Below, piece by piece: positions 18,049-27,141 of a stretch of 64,000 bases of DNA. The stretch spans positions 32,001 to 96,000 of the IMG/VR virus record IMGVR_UViG_3300005611_000007. One strand, written 5' to 3'. Below the pieces are notes generated by a model that worked only from the letters and a program-made list of their open reading frames with translations, searched no databases and was not told the origin of the DNA. This DNA is from a virus (Duplodnaviria > Caudoviricetes). The position numbers and the translations under genes are program-made. The first letter of the stretch is position 1. The number at the start of each line of letters is the position of its first letter.

Positions 18049-18332
18049 TATACTACCTTTATATATTTCCCAAACAGTCGTTTCATAAGACATAGGTCTC
18101 CATAGAAACTGAACTCATTTACATTAATACAAGGATTTGCCAAATATTCGTAAGAACCTTTGAAATCCCAGATTCCAATCTCATACATATCACATTTAAA
18201 CCCCCAAGACTTTACATAACTATTGCCCGGTGCTGCTGGGCGATAATCGATATTAGGTTCTAAACCAAGAATCTCAGTAATCTTTTCAATCGTGATATCA
18301 CGAAGAATACCTGAAACCCCTTGTTTCATCAT
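18048..18332 (-). CDS. hypothetical protein
   Basis: ORF with WGF..IWDFK; start uncertain. Confidence 0.55.
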   Translation of the reverse strand: MMKQGVSGILRDITIEKITEILGLEPNIDYRPAAPGNSYVKSWGFKCDMYEIGIWDFKGSYEYLANPCINVNEFSFYGDLCLMKRLFGKYIKVV

Positions 18333-18382
18333 TTTTAAACCAAGACAATTTAGACTTGATTTGTCTATCGATTTAATCCTCA

Positions 18383-18733
18383 CTACCAAACCTCTTCGAA
18401 TATCGCCCAACCGAACGAGGCGACATAGTATTCCTTACCATCTTCAGTGACAACAATATCACCAACACTCACACTGTGCATTGGTGCGAGGCGCGTAATC
18501 GCAGTTTTATCGCCCATACCGTTTCCAATCTTAAACACCTCTTCAAGATCGTATGCATCAATCTTAGCGACAACTTTATAATCATCATACGCGGCTTGAA
18601 TCACTTTCGCAGACTTCGGAAACATTGTAGCGTCAAGATAACGTTTATAGAAATCGGGAATCACATCAGGATTCGTGTTGACCTGATTGATTTGATCGTC
18701 GGTCAAATGGATTTGTTTCACGGTGTATTGCAT
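18383..18733 (-). CDS. YodL-like domain protein
   Basis: HSVSVGDIV; paralog of 2238..2618. Confidence 0.6.
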   Translation of the reverse strand: MQYTVKQIHLTDDQINQVNTNPDVIPDFYKRYLDATMFPKSAKVIQAAYDDYKVVAKIDAYDLEEVFKIGNGMGDKTAITRLAPMHSVSVGDIVVTEDGKEYYVASFGWAIFEEVW

Positions 18734-18748
18734 TTCAAAAACCCTCTT

Positions 18749-18796
18749 TGTCTCACTCACTTTAATCATTATAGTACCATGCTGATTAAATGTCAA
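18749..18796 (-). promoter_or_regulatory. early promoter cassette, family A
   Basis: TTGACA-17-TATAAT then GATTAAAGTGAGTGAGAC. Confidence 0.85.
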
Positions 18797-19761
18797 CAGA
18801 AATTTTTTAATTTTTTAAAACTTTCTGGATTGGTATAATCGTAATGAGTCTCATACCAAGTGTGAATGAATTTATTGTATCTTTCAAAATTAATCCAATC
18901 AGTGTTATAAGCATTAGATAAAGAATCACGATATTCTTTAGGATATATCTTCCATGTGACGGTATCATAATCTGCCCTACCAAATGTGACAACTTTCTTG
19001 CCGGCTAAGATAGATTCTAACCCCACACCACTGTTTACAGTCACAACCATCTCACTATTTTTTATCAAATCAAAGATGTTGAAATTATCTACCCAAACGC
19101 AATTATAACGATTAGCAACTTTTTTTATAGATTCCATAGAACCTGGATTGACAGGATGACCTTTGATAACAACCTTCTTAGCAGTTGTTGAAGCCCAATC
19201 TAGGGTCATCTCCAAAGCTTCTTCTACTTTCACGTCACTATGATATATGATAGTCTCATCGTGTGGTATCTGACAAGGAAAAAACACATATGGTTTGAAA
19301 GATAAAGCTGTATCGTTTGAACTAGGTTGATCAAACTTTGTCTCACCAGAATCAACTCTATCAAATAGATGGTGTCTTTCAGTATTCTTACTAAGATTTT
19401 CCATAGGATAAGATGAAGCAGTAGCGCACCAACCTTTACTATCAATAGAAAAGATATGTGGTATAACCATCTGCATATAATATCTAACACGATTATCTAA
19501 CCACCAAGTTTGTTCCATCTTGTGTGGTATATAATAAACATCAGCGTCTTTGCTGTGTTCTTTTACAAATTCAGTCGTAATCTGCCACAAAGGAACTTCA
19601 ATGACTCTTACGTCGTCTTTTAAAACGTCATGAGCATTATATAGTTGTTCAATAAACTTTATCCAATGGACTCGTATTGGAGCGATTGGTCCTCTTTGTT
19701 CTGGAACAGGGCCTTCTTTAAACATAACGTCTAGTCTAGGCATGTATATATCAACTTGCAC
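18793..19761 (-). CDS. capsule-polysaccharide (KpsC/KpsS-like) glycosyltransferase
   Basis: QIPHD, KGHP, TVNSGVGLE. Confidence 0.75.
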   Translation of the reverse strand: MQVDIYMPRLDVMFKEGPVPEQRGPIAPIRVHWIKFIEQLYNAHDVLKDDVRVIEVPLWQITTEFVKEHSKDADVYYIPHKMEQTWWLDNRVRYYMQMVIPHIFSIDSKGWCATASSYPMENLSKNTERHHLFDRVDSGETKFDQPSSNDTALSFKPYVFFPCQIPHDETIIYHSDVKVEEALEMTLDWASTTAKKVVIKGHPVNPGSMESIKKVANRYNCVWVDNFNIFDLIKNSEMVVTVNSGVGLESILAGKKVVTFGRADYDTVTWKIYPKEYRDSLSNAYNTDWINFERYNKFIHTWYETHYDYTNPESFKKLKNFC

Positions 19762-20434
19762 TTTTGCGTTCCTCTAGATAGTTTTTTTGATTTTTTCGAT
19801 TACCTTTGCCAGTCCAGATGATACTGTCTTCATTAAACTCCCAATCAATATACTTAGAGGGCATCTGAACAAACTTCAAGTCTTTTATATTTTGATGAAC
19901 TTTCCACAAAATGACTTGATCCATAAACCAAATACAGCCATGTTTTTTGATATTTTCCATGAGATTATGTGCCACGGTATCAATGAAACTATAACCCGAC
20001 TTTCTCAGATACATAGCACCAGCAGCTACATGGGTTCCTTCATTTTCCCATCCTACTGTTCCTGGTAACGGATCTCTTGTGAAAATTGAATAATCACAAT
20101 TTTTAAAATCGTCCCAATCAATAGGTTTTCTTAGAAATCCATCAATATCAACAATCAACATTTCAGAAACATTGTCTTGTCTAATTATATCAGAAGCAAC
20201 TATAAATCTAGAACAAGCATACATCATGCGATCTTTTGGTTCAATGTCACTAAAACTAAAATGACATCCGATATGCCAATCAAAAGAATTCTGATTCAGA
20301 ATCTCTTGTTTCGTTTCTTCGTCACAAAGAATATGAATCCAAGGTGTTTCGCCATTCTTTATCGCACTCTTAGCAAACGCCTCTCCGTGTTCTTTTAAAT
20401 AGATGGGATCACAACAGGCGAAAACAATTTTCAT
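19751..20434 (-). CDS. GT-A nucleotide-diphospho-sugar transferase
   Basis: YACSRF, DID, AAG, WFMDQ, WTGKG. Confidence 0.7.
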   Translation of the reverse strand: MKIVFACCDPIYLKEHGEAFAKSAIKNGETPWIHILCDEETKQEILNQNSFDWHIGCHFSFSDIEPKDRMMYACSRFIVASDIIRQDNVSEMLIVDIDGFLRKPIDWDDFKNCDYSIFTRDPLPGTVGWENEGTHVAAGAMYLRKSGYSFIDTVAHNLMENIKKHGCIWFMDQVILWKVHQNIKDLKFVQMPSKYIDWEFNEDSIIWTGKGNRKNQKNYLEERKSAS

Positions 20435-21396
20435 GTTTTACCCATCCAATATTCTATCATCTCTTCTAACATCAACTCAAAAGTATAGTTAGGTTTCCAA
20501 TTTAGTATCTTTCTAGTTTTTTCTGAATCACCACAGAGATATTTCAATTCTTCTGGTCTCATATACTTTGGATTTTGTACTACAAAGTCTTCATAATTTA
20601 AATCTAGTCGGCCAAAGACATATTCACACATTTGTCGGACAGTATAGGATTTACCAGTTGCTACAATCCAATCGTCTGGATCACTATGATTAATAATTTT
20701 GTGCATTGCTCTAACATAATCAGAACTATGACCCCAATCACGACTGCTATCCATATTACCCATCTCAAGTTTATTGAGTTTGTTTTTCTTGATTAGAACA
20801 GCGTTCTTCACAACTTTATTCGTTACAAAGTTTGTTCCACGTCTAGGAGATTCGTGATTGAATAAAATTCCGTTACAAGCAAGCATATTATATCCGTGTC
20901 TATAATGTCTTACAAGATTATAACCAAGAACTTTAGAACAGCCGTATGGACTGACAGGATTCATTGGTGTTGTTAGTCTTTGAAATCCGTCTTCATCTAC
21001 ACTGTTACCAAACATTTCACTAGAAGATGCTTGATAAAACTTTGCTTCTGGACAGAGTTTACTAGTAATCTCTAGCATATTTAAAACACCTAGAGAATTT
21101 GTTTTAATAGTAAAAGAGGGGATGTCAGAAGAAATTCTAACTTGACTCATAGCAGCCAAATTATAGATTTCATCTGGTTTAACTTTATTAATGATATCAT
21201 ATAATGAGTGTACATCTAATAGATCGCCGTAATGAAGACCGGCAATATTATCAGAGAATTTTTCTAATCTTGCACTTTGATTTTCTGCTACACTATGTCT
21301 ACGGACAATACCATGTACTTCGTAATCAAGACTTAAAAGATATTCTGTAAGATAAGAACCATCTTGTCCACTAATACCTGTAATTAACGCTTTCAT
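20431..21396 (-). CDS. gmd: GDP-mannose 4,6-dehydratase
   Basis: ITGISGQDGSYL, YQASSSE, SPYGCSK, LFNHESPRRG, RDWGH. Confidence 0.95.
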   Translation of the reverse strand: MKALITGISGQDGSYLTEYLLSLDYEVHGIVRRHSVAENQSARLEKFSDNIAGLHYGDLLDVHSLYDIINKVKPDEIYNLAAMSQVRISSDIPSFTIKTNSLGVLNMLEITSKLCPEAKFYQASSSEMFGNSVDEDGFQRLTTPMNPVSPYGCSKVLGYNLVRHYRHGYNMLACNGILFNHESPRRGTNFVTNKVVKNAVLIKKNKLNKLEMGNMDSSRDWGHSSDYVRAMHKIINHSDPDDWIVATGKSYTVRQMCEYVFGRLDLNYEDFVVQNPKYMRPEELKYLCGDSEKTRKILNWKPNYTFELMLEEMIEYWMGKT

Positions 21397-22093
21397 TAAA
21401 AAACCTCGCTTTTGATAAATCAGGATAATTCTTCCAATCACCACTATCGTCATTATATTCAGGAATCTGGTCCATAATAATGATACCACGAGCGGCGTCT
21501 TCTGGTGTCATATAATAATGCCATCCCAAGTATTCAAAGGAATCTTCATCATATTTACCATCTAAATCTCTACCATCGTATCTAATCTTTTTAAGATACT
21601 CGTATTCGTTCTTATTGTCAAGTAAAATCATACCACCTCTACCAATAGGTACTCGTTTCTTTAATTGAAAAGAAACGATATGAAATCCACCCATATACAT
21701 ATCTCTTTGCCAACGAGTAGCTCCATCCCATATCCTATAAGGTTTTAACTGATATATACCTGACCATTCTCTATCTTCTAATTTTACTTTAAATCCAGCA
21801 TGTATTATCTGTTGAGGTACTGAAACATATGTGTGTTTAGGAATAGTAATAGTTGATATATTTTTTCTGTGTCTTTTTATACATTGTAATGCTAGAAAGA
21901 TACCGTGCGAACAGCAGTCTACAGAAACCGCGTACTTTGATCCTGCGTATTTGGCAACTTTTTTTTCAAACATATCTACTACATCGCGTGGATCTTTCCA
22001 ATCGTAACCGAGTTCTCTAATTTGGTCTAGCTCTGGTCTTTGTAAATGTTTAGGTAGTTGTCCTATTGGCCATGCGTTATATTCTACCATCAA
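21371..22093 (-). CDS. DegT/DnrJ PLP aminotransferase (short)
   Basis: FEKKVAKYAGSKYAV, SFQLKK..GRGGM. Confidence 0.85.
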   Translation of the reverse strand: MMVEYNAWPIGQLPKHLQRPELDQIRELGYDWKDPRDVVDMFEKKVAKYAGSKYAVSVDCCSHGIFLALQCIKRHRKNISTITIPKHTYVSVPQQIIHAGFKVKLEDREWSGIYQLKPYRIWDGATRWQRDMYMGGFHIVSFQLKKRVPIGRGGMILLDNKNEYEYLKKIRYDGRDLDGKYDEDSFEYLGWHYYMTPEDAARGIIIMDQIPEYNDDSGDWKNYPDLSKARFFNESVNYRY

Positions 22094-22877
22094 TATCCTC
22101 CAGATATGTTCTTATATTATTATTCTCGTTACACCATTTTTTAGCATACTTACCTTCGCTAGGTCTAGAGAACATTGGATGATAGTACTCAGAACACCCC
22201 TCAAAGAAGTAGTGTATCGCCTGTGCTTTTCTTGTTTTATCTTTGTGTGGCGTAAATGTACCGCCATGTAGAAGATTTGCTTCCCATATAATCGCTTCAC
22301 CTTTTTTCACGGGAACAGGAGTTCTCTTTCCTTTTTTTATCAAAACAAGATGCTCTATAAACTTCTCATATTCTCTATAGTTTATCTCTTCACCATTCTC
22401 TATATCGTCTGGATGTGGAAGACCTAGAGATTCATAGTTATATATATCCCAGTCGTGACTACCTGGAACTACAGACAAAGCACCATTCTCTATAGTCGCA
22501 TCTTCTAAAGCAACCCATACACCAATCATCATTCTCTCTGGTATGGTATGAAAATGAATACAATCGCTATGTAGGGGTTGATTAGATGGACCTGTAAAAT
22601 TGATTGTAGAAAACGGAAATGCCTTCTTCATATACCAATTTTCTAGATGACGAAGTATTTTTTCATTCATACAGAGATTGGCGATATTTCTACTCTTTTT
22701 CCACGCTTCAAATAATCTAGGCCACTGTGTATATTGATAATGATCAGCTTGAATCGTCTTATTCTCTAGTGCTAGAATGTTTGTCACATCATCATTTATA
22801 CCATTAATTTCGGCATCAGTCAACTCCAAATCAATGATATCATAACCTTCACTATTCCAGAATTTATTAAAAGTCAT
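22077..22877 (-). CDS. PhyH-family 2OG-Fe(II) dioxygenase
   Basis: HSD, WVALED..ENG.L.VVPGSH, LLHGG, R. Confidence 0.88.
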   Translation of the reverse strand: MTFNKFWNSEGYDIIDLELTDAEINGINDDVTNILALENKTIQADHYQYTQWPRLFEAWKKSRNIANLCMNEKILRHLENWYMKKAFPFSTINFTGPSNQPLHSDCIHFHTIPERMMIGVWVALEDATIENGALSVVPGSHDWDIYNYESLGLPHPDDIENGEEINYREYEKFIEHLVLIKKGKRTPVPVKKGEAIIWEANLLHGGTFTPHKDKTRKAQAIHYFFEGCSEYYHPMFSRPSEGKYAKKWCNENNNIRTYLEDIDGRI

Positions 22878-23379
22878 AACCTAACTCCCTAGCATACTTA
22901 TAAGCAAGTTCGTTTGGTCTTTTCTTTATAGGTCTTGCAGGACTGCCTACATAGATTGTCCATGGTTCGGCATCTTTAGTAAGAGTCGAGTTTGAACCTA
23001 CTACTGCTCCTTCACCTAGAGTAATTCCAGGCATAACAACACTATTAACACCAATACAAGAAAATGGCTCGAATGTTACTGTAGTTATATTTGAAATTCG
23101 GTACTTACTAGGTACTTGTGGATTCATAAGAGAGCCAGAAGCAAAATCATCTCCACCACAAATAACTTTGCCGCCAGCACTGATACCACTAAAATGACCC
23201 ATAACAAGCTTGGAAGTCCTGCCACCGATAATAGCAACCTGTGGAGCAATATGAACCCAGTCACCAATATCCATAATAACAGAAGAAAATACGTTATAAT
23301 CTAGAACAACGTAATCTCCAAACGTTGATTCTGTTTTATACTTACAAAATGAACCATGATCTACTAATTCAGGATTCAT
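22867..23379 (-). CDS. LbH sugar acyltransferase
   Basis: IGVNSVVMPGITLGEGAVVG..GSPARPIK. Confidence 0.85.
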   Translation of the reverse strand: MNPELVDHGSFCKYKTESTFGDYVVLDYNVFSSVIMDIGDWVHIAPQVAIIGGRTSKLVMGHFSGISAGGKVICGGDDFASGSLMNPQVPSKYRISNITTVTFEPFSCIGVNSVVMPGITLGEGAVVGSNSTLTKDAEPWTIYVGSPARPIKKRPNELAYKYARELGYDF

Positions 23380-24014
23380 AACAGACCGCCATTAATGCGA
23401 AGTGTTTGACCAGAAACATAACTAGTATTTAATATATATTCAATTGTGTTGTACACTTCTTCAATTCTACCCCATCGTCTGGCGGGAATATTCTTCATTA
23501 TCTCTTGTTGAATATCTTCACTAATAGTTTCTGTTAGACCTTTTTCAAAGTATCCCAACTGAATAGCGTTTATATAAACATTCTTATTAAAATTTTCTGC
23601 GGCAACGGTACGAACATATGATTCTATAAATCCCTTTGTTGCTGAATATATAGAAGTTCCTACTTGAGCTTTATCCGCTAGAATAGAAGAGGCGAGAATA
23701 ATATTACCACCACGTTCTCTCATAAAATGTTTCAAACAAAGTTGAACTACATTTAGAGTACCCCAAACGTTTGTATCTACTTGATTGGCAGTATCAATGT
23801 AACCAATGCTATGTGTAAAACCATTAGCATTATACGCTGCCAAGTTTACTACAATATCAAAATGATTTGTTTTAAAATATATATCACATTCTTTACGATT
23901 TCTTACATCTAAATTTTTAGATGATAAAGATGTAACATTATATTTATCCTTCATAATTTTTGTTAAAACTTTACCGATACCACCACTGCCACCGAGTATC
24001 AAAACAGTTTTCAT
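23376..24014 (-). CDS. short-chain dehydrogenase/reductase
   Basis: GGSGGIG, YSATK, GQTLRINGG. Confidence 0.9.
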   Translation of the reverse strand: MKTVLILGGSGGIGKVLTKIMKDKYNVTSLSSKNLDVRNRKECDIYFKTNHFDIVVNLAAYNANGFTHSIGYIDTANQVDTNVWGTLNVVQLCLKHFMRERGGNIILASSILADKAQVGTSIYSATKGFIESYVRTVAAENFNKNVYINAIQLGYFEKGLTETISEDIQQEIMKNIPARRWGRIEEVYNTIEYILNTSYVSGQTLRINGGLL

Positions 24015-24032
24015 TTTTAAGACTCCATTATA

Positions 24033-24722
24033 TTATGTCCAATTAATGTTAGGGAATTTTTCTACAAATTTATGTATAATATTCCAGACATCGAATGATA
24101 CATTTGGATTTGCCAAAAGTTTATTAAAGAAATAAACATTTAGACTTGGGTTCCACATACCAGCAAGTAATGCAAAAGAAGAAAATCCTCCAATAACAGT
24201 ATGCGCTTGATATATAGTCATCCAATCTTTTATAGTATCGTTTGTTGGTGTAATACCATATCTTTTATGTACAGATTTGTCTTCAGATAATATAATAGGA
24301 TTTTTATGATATCTAATTTCTTCATCATATACTTCAATTGGTATCAAAGGTCTATCTGATTGTCTGACATGAATCACAGTTTTACCAGAATTAACATAAT
24401 CACAACCGTTCAAATTTAAACTAACTTCAGATTCATTAATATTTTCCCACCATTTAAGTAAGAGAGAAACATTAGGTTCTTTGAAAGGATTGGTTTTATT
24501 AGTACCAATCACCGTAGTAATTTCTGGTCTTTTTTTGAACGTCAAAAAGTCGTCGAAAAAGATACGATCTTCATCCATTATAATATCTGAATTTTGCCAA
24601 TAACCACCAGTGTTAAACAATATTTTATTTACTGTTGTATTATTTTCTTTAGCTATGGCATAACATGTATAAAGTGATAGTATTTGAGTGCCTAGTCCAC
24701 CACGAACGTTATACGTCCCCAT
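24033..24722 (-). CDS. GT11-like (fucosyltransferase-type) glycosyltransferase
   Basis: GGLGTQ, HVRQSD, SSF resemble GT11 GGLGNQ/HVRRGD/STF. Confidence 0.65.
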   Translation of the reverse strand: MGTYNVRGGLGTQILSLYTCYAIAKENNTTVNKILFNTGGYWQNSDIIMDEDRIFFDDFLTFKKRPEITTVIGTNKTNPFKEPNVSLLLKWWENINESEVSLNLNGCDYVNSGKTVIHVRQSDRPLIPIEVYDEEIRYHKNPIILSEDKSVHKRYGITPTNDTIKDWMTIYQAHTVIGGFSSFALLAGMWNPSLNVYFFNKLLANPNVSFDVWNIIHKFVEKFPNINWT

Positions 24723-25131
24723 TTAAAAATACCTTGTCCTTTTCTACACCTTCATATGGACCAGTTTTGTATTCATAAACTTTAGCGTTTTCTAAAATTG
24801 TGTATGTGTGACCACCTTCAAACGTAAGTGAAATATCTCCTGAATTTAAAACAATTTCTTCTAAAATAGTATCATCCACGTCATAGAAATGTGCTTTTAC
24901 TTTACCTTCCATAACACACCAAGATTCTTGAGCGACAACTTGTTTTCTAGGGGCATTTTTCCAAATGTGTCTATGTGGTCGAAACGTCTTTCCTGTTTCT
25001 AATTTTAAAGCCGAGACTTGAATAAATTGATCTTCTGGTGCAACATCTTCTCTATTCTCTGATAAATCGTCAGAACGATATACCATATGACATAACTTAT
25101 CTGGATAAACTTTTGAGTATATCTTTAACAT
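24709..25131 (-). CDS. cupin (WbuC-like)
   Basis: PHRH..QE..GGH..EYKTGPY. Confidence 0.75.
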   Translation of the reverse strand: MLKIYSKVYPDKLCHMVYRSDDLSENREDVAPEDQFIQVSALKLETGKTFRPHRHIWKNAPRKQVVAQESWCVMEGKVKAHFYDVDDTILEEIVLNSGDISLTFEGGHTYTILENAKVYEYKTGPYEGVEKDKVFLNGDV

Positions 25132-25969
25132 ATATTGTATCTCCCAATGGATTATCTAATCTTACACTGCCATGAATAGCAAATCTTCTATTCAATTCTT
25201 TTGTATTACCTCTGGAATGAAAACCACCAACATTAGCAATAACTAATGTATCTTCGTTTACGTAGATGGGTTCCATTTCATAACCCATCTCTTGTAATTC
25301 TTCTTCACTTACTCTAAACGATCCTTCATAATGATCTTTTGCTCTCCACTCTTCGTATTCTTTTTTACACGCTTTTACACTTTGTTGATAATACCACATC
25401 TGCATTTTTTCGTTTGATTTTGTACTACCCTTAGCAAACATTAATGGACCATCATCGACTTTCTTTGGAAACCACCAAAACTTGATTGCAGGAAAGTATG
25501 TATCTAGATGCATTAATTTTTGATGATCGTCATCTCCTGGTCTATTTCTTACGATTTGAGCAAATGTGTTATTTCTGAACTTGGTTTCTACTTCTCGCTC
25601 ATCTCCTCCAATAAGTTTATAAATGTGGGGATAGATTAGTAATGATATATTATATAATAATCTAGACTTATCTCTATTCATTGAAAGAATATTGTTAGAA
25701 TTTTTAGATACCGCTACCTCGAAATTTTCGAATTCTTTTAAAGCCCTTTCAACGTCAACACTAGAACCAACAAATCCTTTATGAACTATTAATCCTACAT
25801 TATAATAGTCTAAGTTCTCTTTGTCAACTTGTTTTAATCTTTGAAAGTGTTTAATTTCTGCCTGAAGTTTTCTATATAGATGAATACCTTTCTCAGTTAA
25901 ATCTACATCATTTAGAGGATACCTATCAAGAGTTTTATGAGAACTTTTATATACATCATTATACAACAT
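25097..25969 (-). CDS. PhyH-like dioxygenase
   Basis: HLDTYFP.IKFW, DGP..F..GS, GFHSRG. Confidence 0.7.
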   Translation of the reverse strand: MLYNDVYKSSHKTLDRYPLNDVDLTEKGIHLYRKLQAEIKHFQRLKQVDKENLDYYNVGLIVHKGFVGSSVDVERALKEFENFEVAVSKNSNNILSMNRDKSRLLYNISLLIYPHIYKLIGGDEREVETKFRNNTFAQIVRNRPGDDDHQKLMHLDTYFPAIKFWWFPKKVDDGPLMFAKGSTKSNEKMQMWYYQQSVKACKKEYEEWRAKDHYEGSFRVSEEELQEMGYEMEPIYVNEDTLVIANVGGFHSRGNTKELNRRFAIHGSVRLDNPLGDTIYVKDILKSLSR

Positions 25970-25971
25970 TA

Positions 25972-26532
25972 TTAACTCCTCTTAAATACTAATCCTGTTC
26001 TGGCAACAAAAGGTTTTTTCATAGTAGATTCTTCTCGAATTTGTTTAGTAAGTGTTTCATCATATTCAAATCCATATCTTTTGAAAGCATCTAGCCAGTA
26101 ATCTTCCTCTTGACAGTTAACATGGTGATGACCGGCTTGTCCTGGTACAGCATGGGTGACGATAAGATATTTTGCTTTACTATCTTGAAATGTAGACATA
26201 TAGTTGTCCATATACTTTTCTTCTACATGTTCTAAAAATTCTACACACCAAATTAAATCAACTTCATAAGTTAAAGTAGGACTTCCTTTTGTATAATCAT
26301 TTAAATGAAAATTGGATTCTTTAGGAAGGACTGTCCAATCACCATCAACGCCATAAGATTCCCATCCAAGAGATTCTGCTAATTTAACTTGACCTCCAAA
26401 TCCGCAGCCGACATCAAGCATCTTTCGGCAACCAAGATTCCACATAATATTAAGCGATCCATCATCCGTCCAACTCCTACCATTTTGACCACCCAAATGA
26501 TCTGGCAATTCATTTTGCATATTCAGCTCCAT
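25972..26532 (-). CDS. class I SAM methyltransferase
   Basis: LDVGCGFG, EFLEH, PGQ.GHHHVNCQ. Confidence 0.85.
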   Translation of the reverse strand: MELNMQNELPDHLGGQNGRSWTDDGSLNIMWNLGCRKMLDVGCGFGGQVKLAESLGWESYGVDGDWTVLPKESNFHLNDYTKGSPTLTYEVDLIWCVEFLEHVEEKYMDNYMSTFQDSKAKYLIVTHAVPGQAGHHHVNCQEEDYWLDAFKRYGFEYDETLTKQIREESTMKKPFVARTGLVFKRS

Positions 26533-26542
26533 TTCATCATCA

Positions 26543-26950
26543 TTATTCTAACCATTTCTCCACTCTCGACTTAAAATACCGGCCATTGATGTTATCATTG
26601 AGATATTCCGACGATTCTAAAACATTTCTCTGAAACTGCTCTTTAACTTCAGTATAGTTCATTTCACCTTTAGTCTTATGTAATGATAGTATCTCTCTTT
26701 GAAAATTACTTGTCTCAGATTGATTTATAAGATCTTTCACAACATCACTGGAACCATAATAATCACGCCAATCACTTTCGATACGACTACGCCGCTTCGC
26801 CCCACGAGTTTTTCTCATGAACCAAAATGTCTTTCTACCAATATATTTTCTACCATCGGGGCAAGTAATACAATAAACGAAACCATGATACCTGTCAACT
26901 AAATTCTCATCAAATACTTCTCCTTGGTACATCCAAGGATTATCATACAT
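26543..26950 (-). CDS. GIY-YIG-like nuclease, T4-like conserved
   Basis: GFVY...KYIGRK, ESDW..YYGS. Confidence 0.75.
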   Translation of the reverse strand: MYDNPWMYQGEVFDENLVDRYHGFVYCITCPDGRKYIGRKTFWFMRKTRGAKRRSRIESDWRDYYGSSDVVKDLINQSETSNFQREILSLHKTKGEMNYTEVKEQFQRNVLESSEYLNDNINGRYFKSRVEKWLE

Positions 26951-27114
26951 TATTCGTCTTCTTCATCCCAAAATTCTTGGTCTTCTGTCCATTCATCAAA
27001 ATCTTCATTTTGTTGTATGACTTCTCCGCAGAATGGGCAGTATACGACCTTATTCATTTCATTATGTTGTATATCAAATTCTGCTCCGCACTCCTCACAT
27101 GTTATCGTTTCCAT
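26950..27114 (-). CDS. zinc-ribbon protein with acidic tail (54 aa)
   Basis: translated by hand; CEEC...CPFCG; GGAG SD. Confidence 0.75.
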   Translation of the reverse strand: METITCEECGAEFDIQHNEMNKVVYCPFCGEVIQQNEDFDEWTEDQEFWDEEDE

Positions 27115-27141
27115 TTGATACTCCGAGTTACTTTTAATCTT

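Noticed and set aside
22077-25969. TET/JBP-type DNA base oxidases
   Set aside because: Motifs are PhyH-type and no C5 methyltransferase is in the window; DNA modification remains only one option for the cluster
26543-26950. Mobile homing endonuclease or intron
   Set aside because: Short, no DNA-binding tail, and neighbouring nrdJ and thyX are uninterrupted
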